Under the pieces are notes generated by a model. It was not told the origin of the DNA and did not search any database. It worked only from the letters and a program-made list of their open reading frames with translations. Made by a program: the position numbers and the translations under genes. Shown piece by piece: positions 8,987 through 17,757 of a stretch of 48,203 nt of DNA. Every line of letters starts with the position of its first letter. The stretch's first letter is position 1. Source of the DNA: Glaciihabitans sp. (GTDB lineage Bacteria > Actinomycetota > Actinomycetes > Actinomycetales > Microbacteriaceae); assembly GCA_017882805.1 (NCBI GenBank), contig JADGOT010000254.1:1-48203 (forward strand), read 5' to 3'.

Positions 8987-9562
8987 ATGACCGCAGCGGC
9001 GAATAACAAGAAGGTGAACCCGCGCGAGAACGGAACGCAGGAAGAACGCACTGCCGACGCGATTCCGGATGGCCGCAACGAGACGCAGACCGAACGACTC
9101 GATCGCAACTGGTTGCAGCTCGTCCAGGAGTTACGCGTGACCCAGACCGGCACCCAGATCCTGACGGGTTTCTTGCTGACACTCGCCTTTCAGTCCCGGT
9201 TTGGCAAGCTTGACCCGGAGCAGGTCGAGATCTATCTCGCCCTGGTCATCCTGGCCGGGCTGACTACCGCGCTGGGCCTGACTCCCGTCGCCATCCATCG
9301 CGCACTGTTCCGAAGGCGGGCGATGGCGCAACTGGTTGCGACCGGCGACGTCCTGCTGAAGCTCACGCTGGCGTGCGTGGGGCTGATCCTGACGGGCACG
9401 ACGCTGTTCATCTTCGCGGTCGTGGTCAGTACGCGGGCGGGCCTCATCGCCGGTGCCGTGACGCTGGTGATCACGGTGCTGCTGTGGATCCTTGTGCCAT
9501 TTGGCGTTCGTCCCGAGCGCCGGCACCCGCATCCGCGGGCAGAGCCTAGCGACACCGTTTAG
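8987..9562 (+). CDS. DUF6328-family membrane protein
   Basis: GRNETxxERLDRNW..LxQELRVTQTGTQILTGFLL and HRxLFRR motifs with four TM helices. Confidence 0.82.
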   Translation: MTAAANNKKVNPRENGTQEERTADAIPDGRNETQTERLDRNWLQLVQELRVTQTGTQILTGFLLTLAFQSRFGKLDPEQVEIYLALVILAGLTTALGLTPVAIHRALFRRRAMAQLVATGDVLLKLTLACVGLILTGTTLFIFAVVVSTRAGLIAGAVTLVITVLLWILVPFGVRPERRHPHPRAEPSDTV

Positions 9563-9624
9563 GGCCGCAGGCGCCCGCGCGCAACCCCTGCCAATAGTCA
9601 GGAGACCCTCGTAGGCTCTTAGTC

Positions 9625-10029
9625 ATGAAGAAGAGCCTGTTTGTCGTCCTTATTGGCCTCGGTGTTGGCTACGTGCTCGGAGCACGCGCCGGCCGGGAGC
9701 GCTATGACCTCATCGTCGATAAGGTCACCGGGGTCTGGGAAGACCCGCGCGTGGCGAAGGCACGTCGTGAGGCCGCACGGTATGCGCGCGAACAGGCACC
9801 GGTGCTGCGCGATAAAGCGCAGGCCGTAGCCAAGGCTGCGCCCGGTGTTGTCGCGGATCGCGCGAAGGATGTCGCCGCTGCAGCAAAGGACGTCGCGGAC
9901 CGCACCGTCGCGACTACGCGCCGCGTCGCTGATCGCACGACGACGGCCGCAACCACTGCCGCCGCCGCCGCCGCGAGCCGCGTCGGTCACGTGCGCGACT
10001 CCGTCCTCGAGGACGACGACGAGCAGTAG
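9625..10029 (+). CDS. YtxH-like small membrane-anchored helical protein
   Basis: GLGVGYVLGARAGRERY motif, Ala-rich amphipathic repeats and an acidic tail. Leaderless TAGGCT-7nt-ATG. Confidence 0.8.
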   Translation: MKKSLFVVLIGLGVGYVLGARAGRERYDLIVDKVTGVWEDPRVAKARREAARYAREQAPVLRDKAQAVAKAAPGVVADRAKDVAAAAKDVADRTVATTRRVADRTTTAATTAAAAAASRVGHVRDSVLEDDDEQ

Positions 10030-10059
10030 TTCCTTTACAACCTGGGTAGTGCTGGAGCG

Positions 10060-11661
10060 TCAGTCCTGGTCTGACGATTCGCGCAGCGCCGCTGTGCGCT
10101 CCGCGCTGGGGATGATCGCAATCGTGTCCGTCGCGGCCTGAATACCGGAGAGACGCTCGGGTGAAAGTACTCGCGCGACGTCCTCCGCCGACATCAGTCC
10201 CGCCTCGACGACCAGTTCGGCGATCGACGCGCTGGTCGTGAGCGCGGTATGCGCGAGGGTCGCAGAAGCCGCATAGCCGATGTACGGCGTCAGGGCTGTT
10301 ACGACGCCAACGCTGGAACCGACCTGCTGTGACAGGCGCAACTCATTCGCTGTGATGCCAACTACGCAGTTGATACGAAGAGTGCGGCAGGCATTGGTCA
10401 TCCACTCGAGCGACTGCAGGATGCTGTGGGCGATGACCGGCTCGAACGCGTTGAGCTGCAACTGTCCGGCTTCGGCGGCCGCCGTGACGGTCGCATCGGC
10501 CCCAATGACCGAGAACGCGACCTGGTTCACTACCTCCGGGATCACCGGGTTGACCTTGCCGGGCATGATGCTCGACCCGGCCTGACGCGGTGGCAGGTTG
10601 ATCTCGCCGAGACCCGCCTGCGGACCACTCGACGTGAGTCGCAGGTCGTTACAGATCTTGGACAGTTTGACTGCCGCGCGCTTCAGCGTGCCGCTCAGCG
10701 TCATGAAGATGCCCGCGTCCGAAGTGGCCTCGATGAGGTCCGGGGCGGTCTCCATCTCGATACCGGTGACCTCGACCAGATGCTTGCGAACGAGCTCCGC
10801 GTACCGGGGGTCGGCCGTAATACCCGTGCCGATCGCAGTGGCGCCCATGTTGATCTCGTTGAGCCACGGGATGACCTCGCTGAGGCGGTCGTAGTCCTCG
10901 TGGAGCGTGACCGCGAAGCCGGTGAATTCCTGACCGAGGGTCATCGGCACGGCATCCTGCATTTGGGTGCGCCCCACCTTGAGAATGTGGGCGAACTCCT
11001 TGCCCTTGTCGGCGAAGGATGCGGTCAATAGTTTGTGCTCGGCAAGAAGTCGCTGCAGTGAAAACACCATCGCCAACTTGATCGCCGTCGGATACACGTC
11101 GTTCGTGGACTGGCTCCGGTTGATGTCATCGATGGGATGAAGGCTCGAGTAATCGCCACGCGGAAGACCCATGACTTCGAGGCCACGATTGGCAATGACC
11201 TCGTTAGCGTTCATGTTGGTCGAGGTACCGGCGCCGCCCTGGATGACACCGACTACGAACTGGTCGTGCCAGCGGCCGTCTACGATCTCCTGGCAGACCT
11301 GCTCGATGATGTCCGCCTTCTCGGGGGTCAGGTCACCGAGCTCGCGGTTCGCGCGCGCTGCAGCCTGCTTCACTCGCGCGAGCGCGACGATCAGGTCGGG
11401 ATAGTTGAAGATGGCCCGGCGGGTAATCGGGAAGTTCTCAAGAGCACGCGCCGTGTGGATGCCCCAGTAGGCATCCGCAGGAACTTCTCTGGACCCCAGT
11501 GAATCGGTTTCGGTGCGGGTAGCGGGGGCAACAGCGAGATCTTCGCTACCGATTGCCGGCCCGTTCGGGATTGTTGCCGTGCTAGTTGTGGTGGGTTCGT
11601 TGGTCGACATTGTGTGGTCTTCCTCGATTTCCGTCATCGTCGCTTGTGGCGTCGTATTCAT
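10060..11661 (-). CDS. aspA: Aspartate ammonia-lyase
   Basis: YWGIHTARALENF, QGGAGTSTNMNANEVIAN, QSTNDVYPT, GSSIMPGKVNP and QLQLNAFEP motifs. There is an alternative start at 11610. Confidence 0.93.
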   Translation of the reverse strand: MNTTPQATMTEIEEDHTMSTNEPTTTSTATIPNGPAIGSEDLAVAPATRTETDSLGSREVPADAYWGIHTARALENFPITRRAIFNYPDLIVALARVKQAAARANRELGDLTPEKADIIEQVCQEIVDGRWHDQFVVGVIQGGAGTSTNMNANEVIANRGLEVMGLPRGDYSSLHPIDDINRSQSTNDVYPTAIKLAMVFSLQRLLAEHKLLTASFADKGKEFAHILKVGRTQMQDAVPMTLGQEFTGFAVTLHEDYDRLSEVIPWLNEINMGATAIGTGITADPRYAELVRKHLVEVTGIEMETAPDLIEATSDAGIFMTLSGTLKRAAVKLSKICNDLRLTSSGPQAGLGEINLPPRQAGSSIMPGKVNPVIPEVVNQVAFSVIGADATVTAAAEAGQLQLNAFEPVIAHSILQSLEWMTNACRTLRINCVVGITANELRLSQQVGSSVGVVTALTPYIGYAASATLAHTALTTSASIAELVVEAGLMSAEDVARVLSPERLSGIQAATDTIAIIPSAERTAALRESSDQD

Positions 11662-11720
11662 CGTGCAATCTCCTTTGATTGGCGATTGAACAGTTTACGT
11701 TGCCTCGGCTGGATGTGGCC

Positions 11721-11942
11721 CTAGAGCCTGGCGAAGAAGGGTGCGAAGTACGGAATGACCAGGCACACGCCGACCGCGACAACGAGGGCGCAGACGGTGA
11801 AGCACGCGATGCCCAGACCGCGGCGACTGCCGTCGGTCTCGGGACCCGCAAACCGCACCCCCAGTGAGAACAGGACAACGACGCCGCATCCGCCCGCGAG
11901 CGCTCCGAGCGTAACCACGAGAAAACTGCTCCACTCGATCAT
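11721..11942 (-). CDS. Small two-TM protein translationally coupled to pit
   Basis: 73 aa with two hydrophobic helices and an ATGA overlap with the pit stop. Confidence 0.75.
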   Translation of the reverse strand: MIEWSSFLVVTLGALAGGCGVVVLFSLGVRFAGPETDGSRRGLGIACFTVCALVVAVGVCLVIPYFAPFFARL

Positions 11943-13153
11943 GGCTCGACACCCTTTGCCGGTGCCGCCCGTGTCGCGGCGGCGGCAGCAGTGGCCGCGG
12001 CAGCTGCGAGCTTTGCCTTATTGCCGCGCGGCTTGGGACGCACGAAGTGCGCGGGATTGGCGTGGGCCAGGTCGTGGGCGGTCACTCGCGAGCGCCGCGA
12101 GATCAGGAAGATCGCGACAAAGATTAGCGTCGCAACCACGGCATCGAACAGGATGCCCCACCAACCGAAGTGAGCGACCAGCGCCGCGAGAGCCCCGACC
12201 GCCGCAGCCGCGGGAATCGTGATCACCCAGCCGAGCGCAATCCGCCCCGCGGTGCGCCAGCGCACCGACGCGCCTTTTCGACCGATCCCCGTGCCGATCA
12301 CGGAACCCGACGCCACCTGAGTGGTCGACAGTGCGAACCCGAGGTGGGTCGAAGCCAGAATCGTCGCCGCGGTCGCCGCCTCGGCCGCGAAGCCCTGCGC
12401 GGGCTCGATGTCGGTAATGCCGTGCCCGAGCGTCTTGATGATGCGCCAACCACCCGTGTACGTACCCATCGCGATGGCCAGCGCGCAGACCAGAATGACC
12501 CAAAACTGCGGAGACGAGTTCGCGGGCTGCAGGCCGCCCGCGATCAGAGTGAGCGTGATGACGCCCATGGTTTTCTGGGCATCGTTCGTGCCGTGCGCGA
12601 GTGACACTAAAGAAGAGGTAAAGATCTGCCCGACCCGGAACCCGTCGCGCTGTCGCTTCTTGGTGGTCGCGTAGGCGATGCGGGTCGCGAGAAATGACAC
12701 GAGCCCGGCAACGATGGGCGCCAGCACGGCCGGCAGCACGATCTTCGACAGCAGCACTGTGAGATTTAGCGAGGCGAACCCGGCACCCACAATGGCGGCG
12801 CCGATGAGTCCGCCGAACAGCGCGTGGCTCGAACTCGACGGCAATCCGAGCACCCACGTGACCAGATTCCACAGAATCGCTCCAAGAAGCCCCGCGAAAA
12901 TCAGGGTCGGGGTGATCAGAACGCCGCTCGGACCCTCGTTAATCAACCCACCAGAGATGGTGTTCGCGACGGTGGTCGAGAGAAAGGCGCCAACGAGGTT
13001 CAATACGGCGGCGATCCCGACCGCCACGCGCGGCCGAAGAGCGCCCGTCGCGATGGGGGTCGCCATGGCGTTTGCGGTGTCGTGAAATCCGTTTGTGAAG
13101 TCGAAAAAGAGGGCTAGTGCGATGACCAGCGCGACCATGAGCTCGATATTCAC
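11939..13153 (-). CDS. pit: Inorganic phosphate transporter, PiT family
   Basis: FDFTNGFHDTANAMAT, GLPSSSSHALFGG, HGTNDAQKTMG and LSTTQV motifs. I moved the start to GTG 13153, which has TATGCT 8 nt upstream. Confidence 0.92.
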   Translation of the reverse strand: MNIELMVALVIALALFFDFTNGFHDTANAMATPIATGALRPRVAVGIAAVLNLVGAFLSTTVANTISGGLINEGPSGVLITPTLIFAGLLGAILWNLVTWVLGLPSSSSHALFGGLIGAAIVGAGFASLNLTVLLSKIVLPAVLAPIVAGLVSFLATRIAYATTKKRQRDGFRVGQIFTSSLVSLAHGTNDAQKTMGVITLTLIAGGLQPANSSPQFWVILVCALAIAMGTYTGGWRIIKTLGHGITDIEPAQGFAAEAATAATILASTHLGFALSTTQVASGSVIGTGIGRKGASVRWRTAGRIALGWVITIPAAAAVGALAALVAHFGWWGILFDAVVATLIFVAIFLISRRSRVTAHDLAHANPAHFVRPKPRGNKAKLAAAAATAAAAATRAAPAKGVEP

Positions 13154-13268
13154 TGCGGTCGAGCATACCGTCGGCGATCCCCCGGGCAACCCGAACCGCA
13201 GAGGGCTCCGAATACCCATGTGGATGCGTCTAGTCGACTCGACGGGTGCGCTATGGCGCGCGCCCCGA

Positions 13269-13469
13269 TACGCTGTTCTCGACAGTCGATAAAGGCTCTT
13301 TATCCACAAGCGGCCCGCGTTTTGGGGGGCGCTGAACGCTGTCGCTTTCGACAGCCAGTAAATAGAGTGCTTGAAACCCACCTGATCCACCGCACGTGTA
13401 CCAGAGAAACCAAGCCCGAAACCACAGACCACAGTCCCGCAAGCAGAAATTACCGGGGGTAATTACAAG
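13269..13469 (+). promoter_or_regulatory. Putative -10 box and about 190-nt structured 5' leader of the first DUF2510 gene
   Basis: TACGCT at 13269-13274 and perfect hairpins at 13288-13304, 13338-13355 and 13448-13464. The last hairpin covers the GGGGG SD-like tract. Confidence 0.5.
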
Positions 13470-14609
13470 GTGAACGACGACAACGGCTTCGGAGTACCAG
13501 CAGGATGGTATCCCGATCCGCTCGGTTTGCCGCAGATGCGGTGGTGGGATAACCATGGCTGGACCGAGCACACCACGGAGGCACGCGCTCCCATCGTGAT
13601 CCAGGAAGCCAAGCTTGCCTGGGCAGACGATGACGCGATCGACGAGCTACCGACGCGTCGTGAACGCCGTGAGGCCGAGCGTGGAAGTGCGGTAGACGGT
13701 GGGTCCGAGACCTCCGTGCCGACCGCAGATTCGCTTCTTCAGCTTGAGCCGCCGTCGTGGGATGAACTTCCCGCGGACGAGCCAGCTCCCAACATCCTGC
13801 CCGTTCCCGAATTTGTCGGATCCGTGCCGCAGATGGCACCGTCCGTTGTCACGCCAGCTGCCCCTGCCGCAGCGCAGACTTTCGCCCCGGCCGAGCCCGT
13901 TCACACCGAATACGCTCAAACTCCTGTCGCCCAGACGGCACAGCCCGCCGCGGTTCACGCGCCCGGCACCCCATACGCGACCGGAACGGCTCCGAGCACC
14001 AACACCCTCGGCGCCTGGGTCATTGCCCTGCTGCCGCTCGTTCAACTACTCGGAACGCTCCTCGTGGTTTCTGCCGCGGGTTCGGGCGGCACCAACGTCG
14101 GTGTCATCCTGACGATCCTGGCCCTTCCTTACTTCATCTCGATCCCGTTCGCGATCTCCGACCAGCGTGCACTCAAGAAGCACGGATACGACAACCCAGC
14201 CTCCTGGCTGTGGGTGTTCGCGTCGGGTCCGATTTACCTGATTGCGCGGGCAATTCGTATCGTTATGCGCGCAGGCAACGGCTTCGCGCCGATCCTCGTC
14301 TGGGGCGCACTCGTGCTGCTGCAGATTGGTTCGGTCGTCGCGGTGCCCGGACTTGTTATCGCGGCTCTGCCGCAGACCTTCTCCGACCAGGCCGCTCAGT
14401 CGATCCAGAACGCCGCCACGGTGTTCGGTCCGATTACCAGCGTGACCTGCCCCGCTCCTCCTGCGACCGTCATGGGCCAGGAATTCACGTGCACCCTCTA
14501 CCGCATTGGCTCTGGCCAGACGTACAAGGTCACGGCCGCTCTTGAGCGTGAAAACGGCTGGATTGCCTGGCAGGTTCACGACTGGGGCGACTACAGCATG
14601 ACTCACTAG
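13470..14609 (+). CDS. DUF2510 membrane protein with a C-terminal DUF4333-like extracellular domain
   Basis: PAGWYPDP..MRWWDNHGWT at the N-terminus, a Pro/Ala linker, a TM bundle and a VTCP..GQEFTC Cys pair. Confidence 0.85.
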   Translation: MNDDNGFGVPAGWYPDPLGLPQMRWWDNHGWTEHTTEARAPIVIQEAKLAWADDDAIDELPTRRERREAERGSAVDGGSETSVPTADSLLQLEPPSWDELPADEPAPNILPVPEFVGSVPQMAPSVVTPAAPAAAQTFAPAEPVHTEYAQTPVAQTAQPAAVHAPGTPYATGTAPSTNTLGAWVIALLPLVQLLGTLLVVSAAGSGGTNVGVILTILALPYFISIPFAISDQRALKKHGYDNPASWLWVFASGPIYLIARAIRIVMRAGNGFAPILVWGALVLLQIGSVVAVPGLVIAALPQTFSDQAAQSIQNAATVFGPITSVTCPAPPATVMGQEFTCTLYRIGSGQTYKVTAALERENGWIAWQVHDWGDYSMTH

Positions 14610-14746
14610 TCACCGTCGTTACGGCCAGCCGCAACGGCTTGCCCGGATACCCGGTAGTAGCGTTATTGCAGGGATTCCCTAGGTCCCATCCAACGACGGG
14701 TTCTTGAGTTCGAGAACCCCTCGAAACCCCGAAGGCGGTTCCGCAC

Positions 14747-16120
14747 GTGTCACTAACTTCTGCGTCAGGCGGCGGAGGCGCAGTAACGCCAGGCTGGTAC
14801 ACGGATCCACACGATCCGCGACAGCTTCGTTGGTGGAGCGGTGAGGGCTGGACCGAGCACGTATCGCCGGGTTCCGGGGGCGCGCAACAGGGGGCGGGGG
14901 CAGCTGATGCAGCTCAGCCCGCGGGTGATACACCACTTCCGTCTCGTCGCGCTCTTCGCGAGCCCTCAACCGAAGCCAGCGACGCTACTGCGGCCGCAGA
15001 ATCGGCGCTCGCGGCCCAGGCGGCGCAGCAACAGGCCGTCGCAGCGCAACAAGCACAAGCACAGGCTGATCAGCAGGCTCAGGCAGCCGCCCAACAGGCC
15101 GCCCAGCAGGCAGCAGCTCAACAGGCCGCCCAGCAGGCAGCAGCTCAGCAGGCGGGCCAGCAGGCAGGCCAGCAGGCAGCATTTGGTGCCGAGCAGGCCG
15201 CTCCGGCCCAATATGCCGCTCCAGTGGCTGCCGAGCTACCGTCTGCGCCTGTACCGACACTTCCGGTCGCTCAGACGAGCTTCCTCGAGCAGCAGGGTTA
15301 TGCGCCGCTCGACGGCACGGCGCCCACCGCAGCGGGTGGATGGCCCGGGCAGCCAGTCCAATCAGCGCAGCCCGCCCAGACTCTTCCGCCCGTGCAAGCG
15401 ACTCAGCCGAGCGCGTGGGACCAGCCCGTCCAGCCCGAACAGCCCGTCCAGCCCGAACAGCCGGTGCAGCTCGTGCAACCGCTCCAACCCGCTGCTGCTC
15501 AGCCAACCGCATGGGACCAGCCAGTGCTACCCGTGCAGCCCGTGCAGCCCGTGCAGCCCGTGCAGCAGAACTGGGGCGCGCCAGCACCGGCGACCGATGG
15601 GATGGACAGCCTGTTTGGCACCGCTCCATCCGACCAGGTCGCCGCACAGTCCCCGCAGAGCAACCAATGGGGGCTTTCGCCCGCGGGTCCTGACACCAGT
15701 TCCCGAGAGCGCACCGATGAGGTTGCCGGCTCCTCGTCGTTCTGGGCATGGCTCATCGCCATTTCACCGATTCTGGCGGCCGGATCCGTTGCCTACGTCT
15801 TGCTGACCACGAAGTCCGCGTTCACCGACTGGCCGTTCGAGGCGGCAGTGGCCGCCCCCTACCTGTTGGTGCTGTTGTTCGCCCTTGCCGACCGCGCCGT
15901 TTTGCTGAATCTGGGACACTCGCAACCTCGAAGCCCCGGCTGGGCGCTTCTCAGCGCCCCGATATACCTCATCGTGCGCGCGGGTGAGACCCGCCGTGAG
16001 GATGGTTCCGGCACGGCGTTGATGGTGGCCTGGTTCATCAGCTTGATCGTTGCAGTTGGCGGAATTGTTGGATACGGCTTCCTGACCCATCACGCGCTGA
16101 TCGCCGGCCTTCCGACCTAG
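14747..16120 (+). CDS. DUF2510 membrane protein with a Gln/Pro-rich linker (paralogue of the upstream gene)
   Basis: TPGWYTDPH..LRWWSGEGWT, AQQA and PVQ repeats, and a homologous TM bundle (AWLIA..PY..D..PIYLIxR). Confidence 0.85.
   Translation: MSLTSASGGGGAVTPGWYTDPHDPRQLRWWSGEGWTEHVSPGSGGAQQGAGAADAAQPAGDTPLPSRRALREPSTEASDATAAAESALAAQAAQQQAVAAQQAQAQADQQAQAAAQQAAQQAAAQQAAQQAAAQQAGQQAGQQAAFGAEQAAPAQYAAPVAAELPSAPVPTLPVAQTSFLEQQGYAPLDGTAPTAAGGWPGQPVQSAQPAQTLPPVQATQPSAWDQPVQPEQPVQPEQPVQLVQPLQPAAAQPTAWDQPVLPVQPVQPVQPVQQNWGAPAPATDGMDSLFGTAPSDQVAAQSPQSNQWGLSPAGPDTSSRERTDEVAGSSSFWAWLIAISPILAAGSVAYVLLTTKSAFTDWPFEAAVAAPYLLVLLFALADRAVLLNLGHSQPRSPGWALLSAPIYLIVRAGETRREDGSGTALMVAWFISLIVAVGGIVGYGFLTHHALIAGLPT
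15092..15565 (+). repeat. Coding low-complexity repeats
   Basis: 27-bp x2 (15092-15145), 18-bp QPVQPE repeats (about 15422-15470) and 9-bp cccgtgcag x4 (15530-15565). Confidence 0.85.
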
Positions 16121-16533
16121 TTCGCATCGTAGCCGTCAAGCAATCGCACCCCGGTGCGATGCGAGAGCAGTTGTGCTCGCAGGGTGACTGCCTGTTCGGC
16201 ACATTCTTTTCGTAGGCTTCGAACCCACGCGTCGTCGTGAGCGCTCAGGGTCGAGGGACCGTAGCGTTCGAGAACGAAGATCACGGCGCTGGCGCCGATC
16301 TGCGCCATCACTTCGCGCACCCGCTCGACAACCCGACTCGATTCATCGTCGGTTGGCTCAGACGGCAATCCCTCGATCGGAATGAGGATCGGTAGCTGTA
16401 GCTCGAACTCATCAAGGAACAGCAGCCAGAGTTGCCGGGAATTCGCACGCCCGATCAGGTCGGCCACACGGCGCTCGATGTCGTGGTCGCTAGTGAGGGG
16501 CAGGAGCGCGGATTCTTCGTAGGGAATAGCCAT
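16117..16533 (-). CDS. Hypothetical protein, possibly a degenerate RadC/JAB (MPN) fold
   Basis: LWLLFLD...ASAVIFVLERYGPSTLSAHD...VTLRAQLLSH pattern. I moved the start to ATG 16533. Confidence 0.7.
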   Translation of the reverse strand: MAIPYEESALLPLTSDHDIERRVADLIGRANSRQLWLLFLDEFELQLPILIPIEGLPSEPTDDESSRVVERVREVMAQIGASAVIFVLERYGPSTLSAHDDAWVRSLRKECAEQAVTLRAQLLSHRTGVRLLDGYDAN

Positions 16534-16652
16534 GGGCGCCAGCATTGTGCGCGTGGGCGAACACCACGAGATCAGTGTTCTGTCCATTGGACACAAGGCT
16601 TTTTTCCGTGCCGGTGTAGGAGTAGTCGAGTCGGCGCGACAAGAATGGCTCC

Positions 16653-17549
16653 ATGTCGAAAACAGCACTCGCCCTGCTCAACCGGCCCTCGGCCGACACT
16701 CCCCCACACAATCCGGGAGCACCGGATTATGAACTAGTGGATCCGCAGGTGCCCCACCTGTCTGTGCTCGATCTCGCGGCAACCCGCGGTGACGGAATCT
16801 TCGAGGCGCTCGGCGTGACATCCGGTCATCCGCACTCCCTCGACGCGCACCTGCGCCGTTTTGCGTCATCGGCAGCAAAACTGGACCTTCCCGCCCCCGA
16901 CGAGAAGGCCTGGCGCTCCGCAATAGGCGCCGTCATCGCGGAGCTCGGCGACACGACGGATGCTCTCATCAAGTTGGTAATGACCCGAGGGGTGGAGGGC
17001 GACCCCGAAGCTCGCCCGACCGGCTGGGTCTATGGCTGGCCGGGGGCGGATCACGCCGCGGCCCGCACGAACGGCATTGCCGTCATCACCCTCGACCGCG
17101 GCTACCGTCACGACGTCGAGCAGACTTCTCCGTGGCTTCTCGCCGGCGCCAAGACGCTGTCATATGCGGTCAACCGAGCCGTTCTGCGCGAGGCAGCGCG
17201 TCGCGGCGCCGATGACGTGATCTTTGTCAGTTCAGACGGGTTTGTGCTCGAGGGTCCCACGTCCAGTGTGCTGTTTCGGCGGGGTAATACTCTTCTCACC
17301 CCCGGCACAGGATTGGGCATCCTCGACGGAACGACGCAGGGTGATCTGTTCGACTGGGCACAGTCGCAGGGCATGCAGACCGGATTCGAACAGTTGACAC
17401 CCTCGGACCTCGGTCGAACGGATGCCCTCTGGCTGGTCTCGAGCGGCCGCCAAGCCGCACCCATCCGCGTATTCGATGGTCTGCCACACGAGATCGATCA
17501 CGAACTCAGCGCGGCGATGAACGCGTACCTGCTGGGCAGGAAGACGTAG
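16653..17549 (+). CDS. pabC: Class IV aminotransferase (aminodeoxychorismate lyase / D-amino acid transaminase-like)
   Basis: RGDGIFE, HLRRF, GAKTLSYAVN (PLP lysine), VLEGPTSS and GILDGTTQ motifs. Specificity within class IV is not resolvable by eye. Confidence 0.82.
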   Translation: MSKTALALLNRPSADTPPHNPGAPDYELVDPQVPHLSVLDLAATRGDGIFEALGVTSGHPHSLDAHLRRFASSAAKLDLPAPDEKAWRSAIGAVIAELGDTTDALIKLVMTRGVEGDPEARPTGWVYGWPGADHAAARTNGIAVITLDRGYRHDVEQTSPWLLAGAKTLSYAVNRAVLREAARRGADDVIFVSSDGFVLEGPTSSVLFRRGNTLLTPGTGLGILDGTTQGDLFDWAQSQGMQTGFEQLTPSDLGRTDALWLVSSGRQAAPIRVFDGLPHEIDHELSAAMNAYLLGRKT

Positions 17550-17555
17550 CCGCAA

Positions 17556-17636
17556 TAACCCCTCAAAAGGGAAAAGCACACTGTGCTTGTTTGGTTCGCG
17601 CTTTTCCCTTAAAAGGGAAAAGCACGAACAGGGTTA
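17556..17636. repeat. A/T-tract nested palindromic element
   Basis: AAAAGGGAAAAGCAC at 17565 and 17611 with an inverted copy at 17600-17610. A 17-bp hairpin spans 17594-17629. The flanks are TAACCC and GGGTTA. Confidence 0.8.
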
Positions 17637-17727
17637 CGGGGCGGCGGCTCTTAGAAATGCGAAAGTTCAAACCCGGTTAGCTACCCCCGTATTTCACCAG
17701 GTGTTCTTCGCCGAGCCGCCGCACCCG
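17637..17727. repeat. Inverted-repeat-bounded intergenic element (REP/MITE-like)
   Basis: cgggGCGGCGGCTC (17637-17650) pairs with GAGCCGCCGCacccg (17713-17727) around a spacer of about 60 bp. Confidence 0.6.
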
Positions 17728-17757
17728 AGTGTCCCCTGCAGTGCTGGTATTACGTTA

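Noticed and set aside
13300-13308. DnaA box TTATCCACA marking a replication origin
   Set aside because: It is a single perfect box overlapping a hairpin arm, with no box cluster and no dnaA/dnaN nearby. A regulatory role cannot be excluded.
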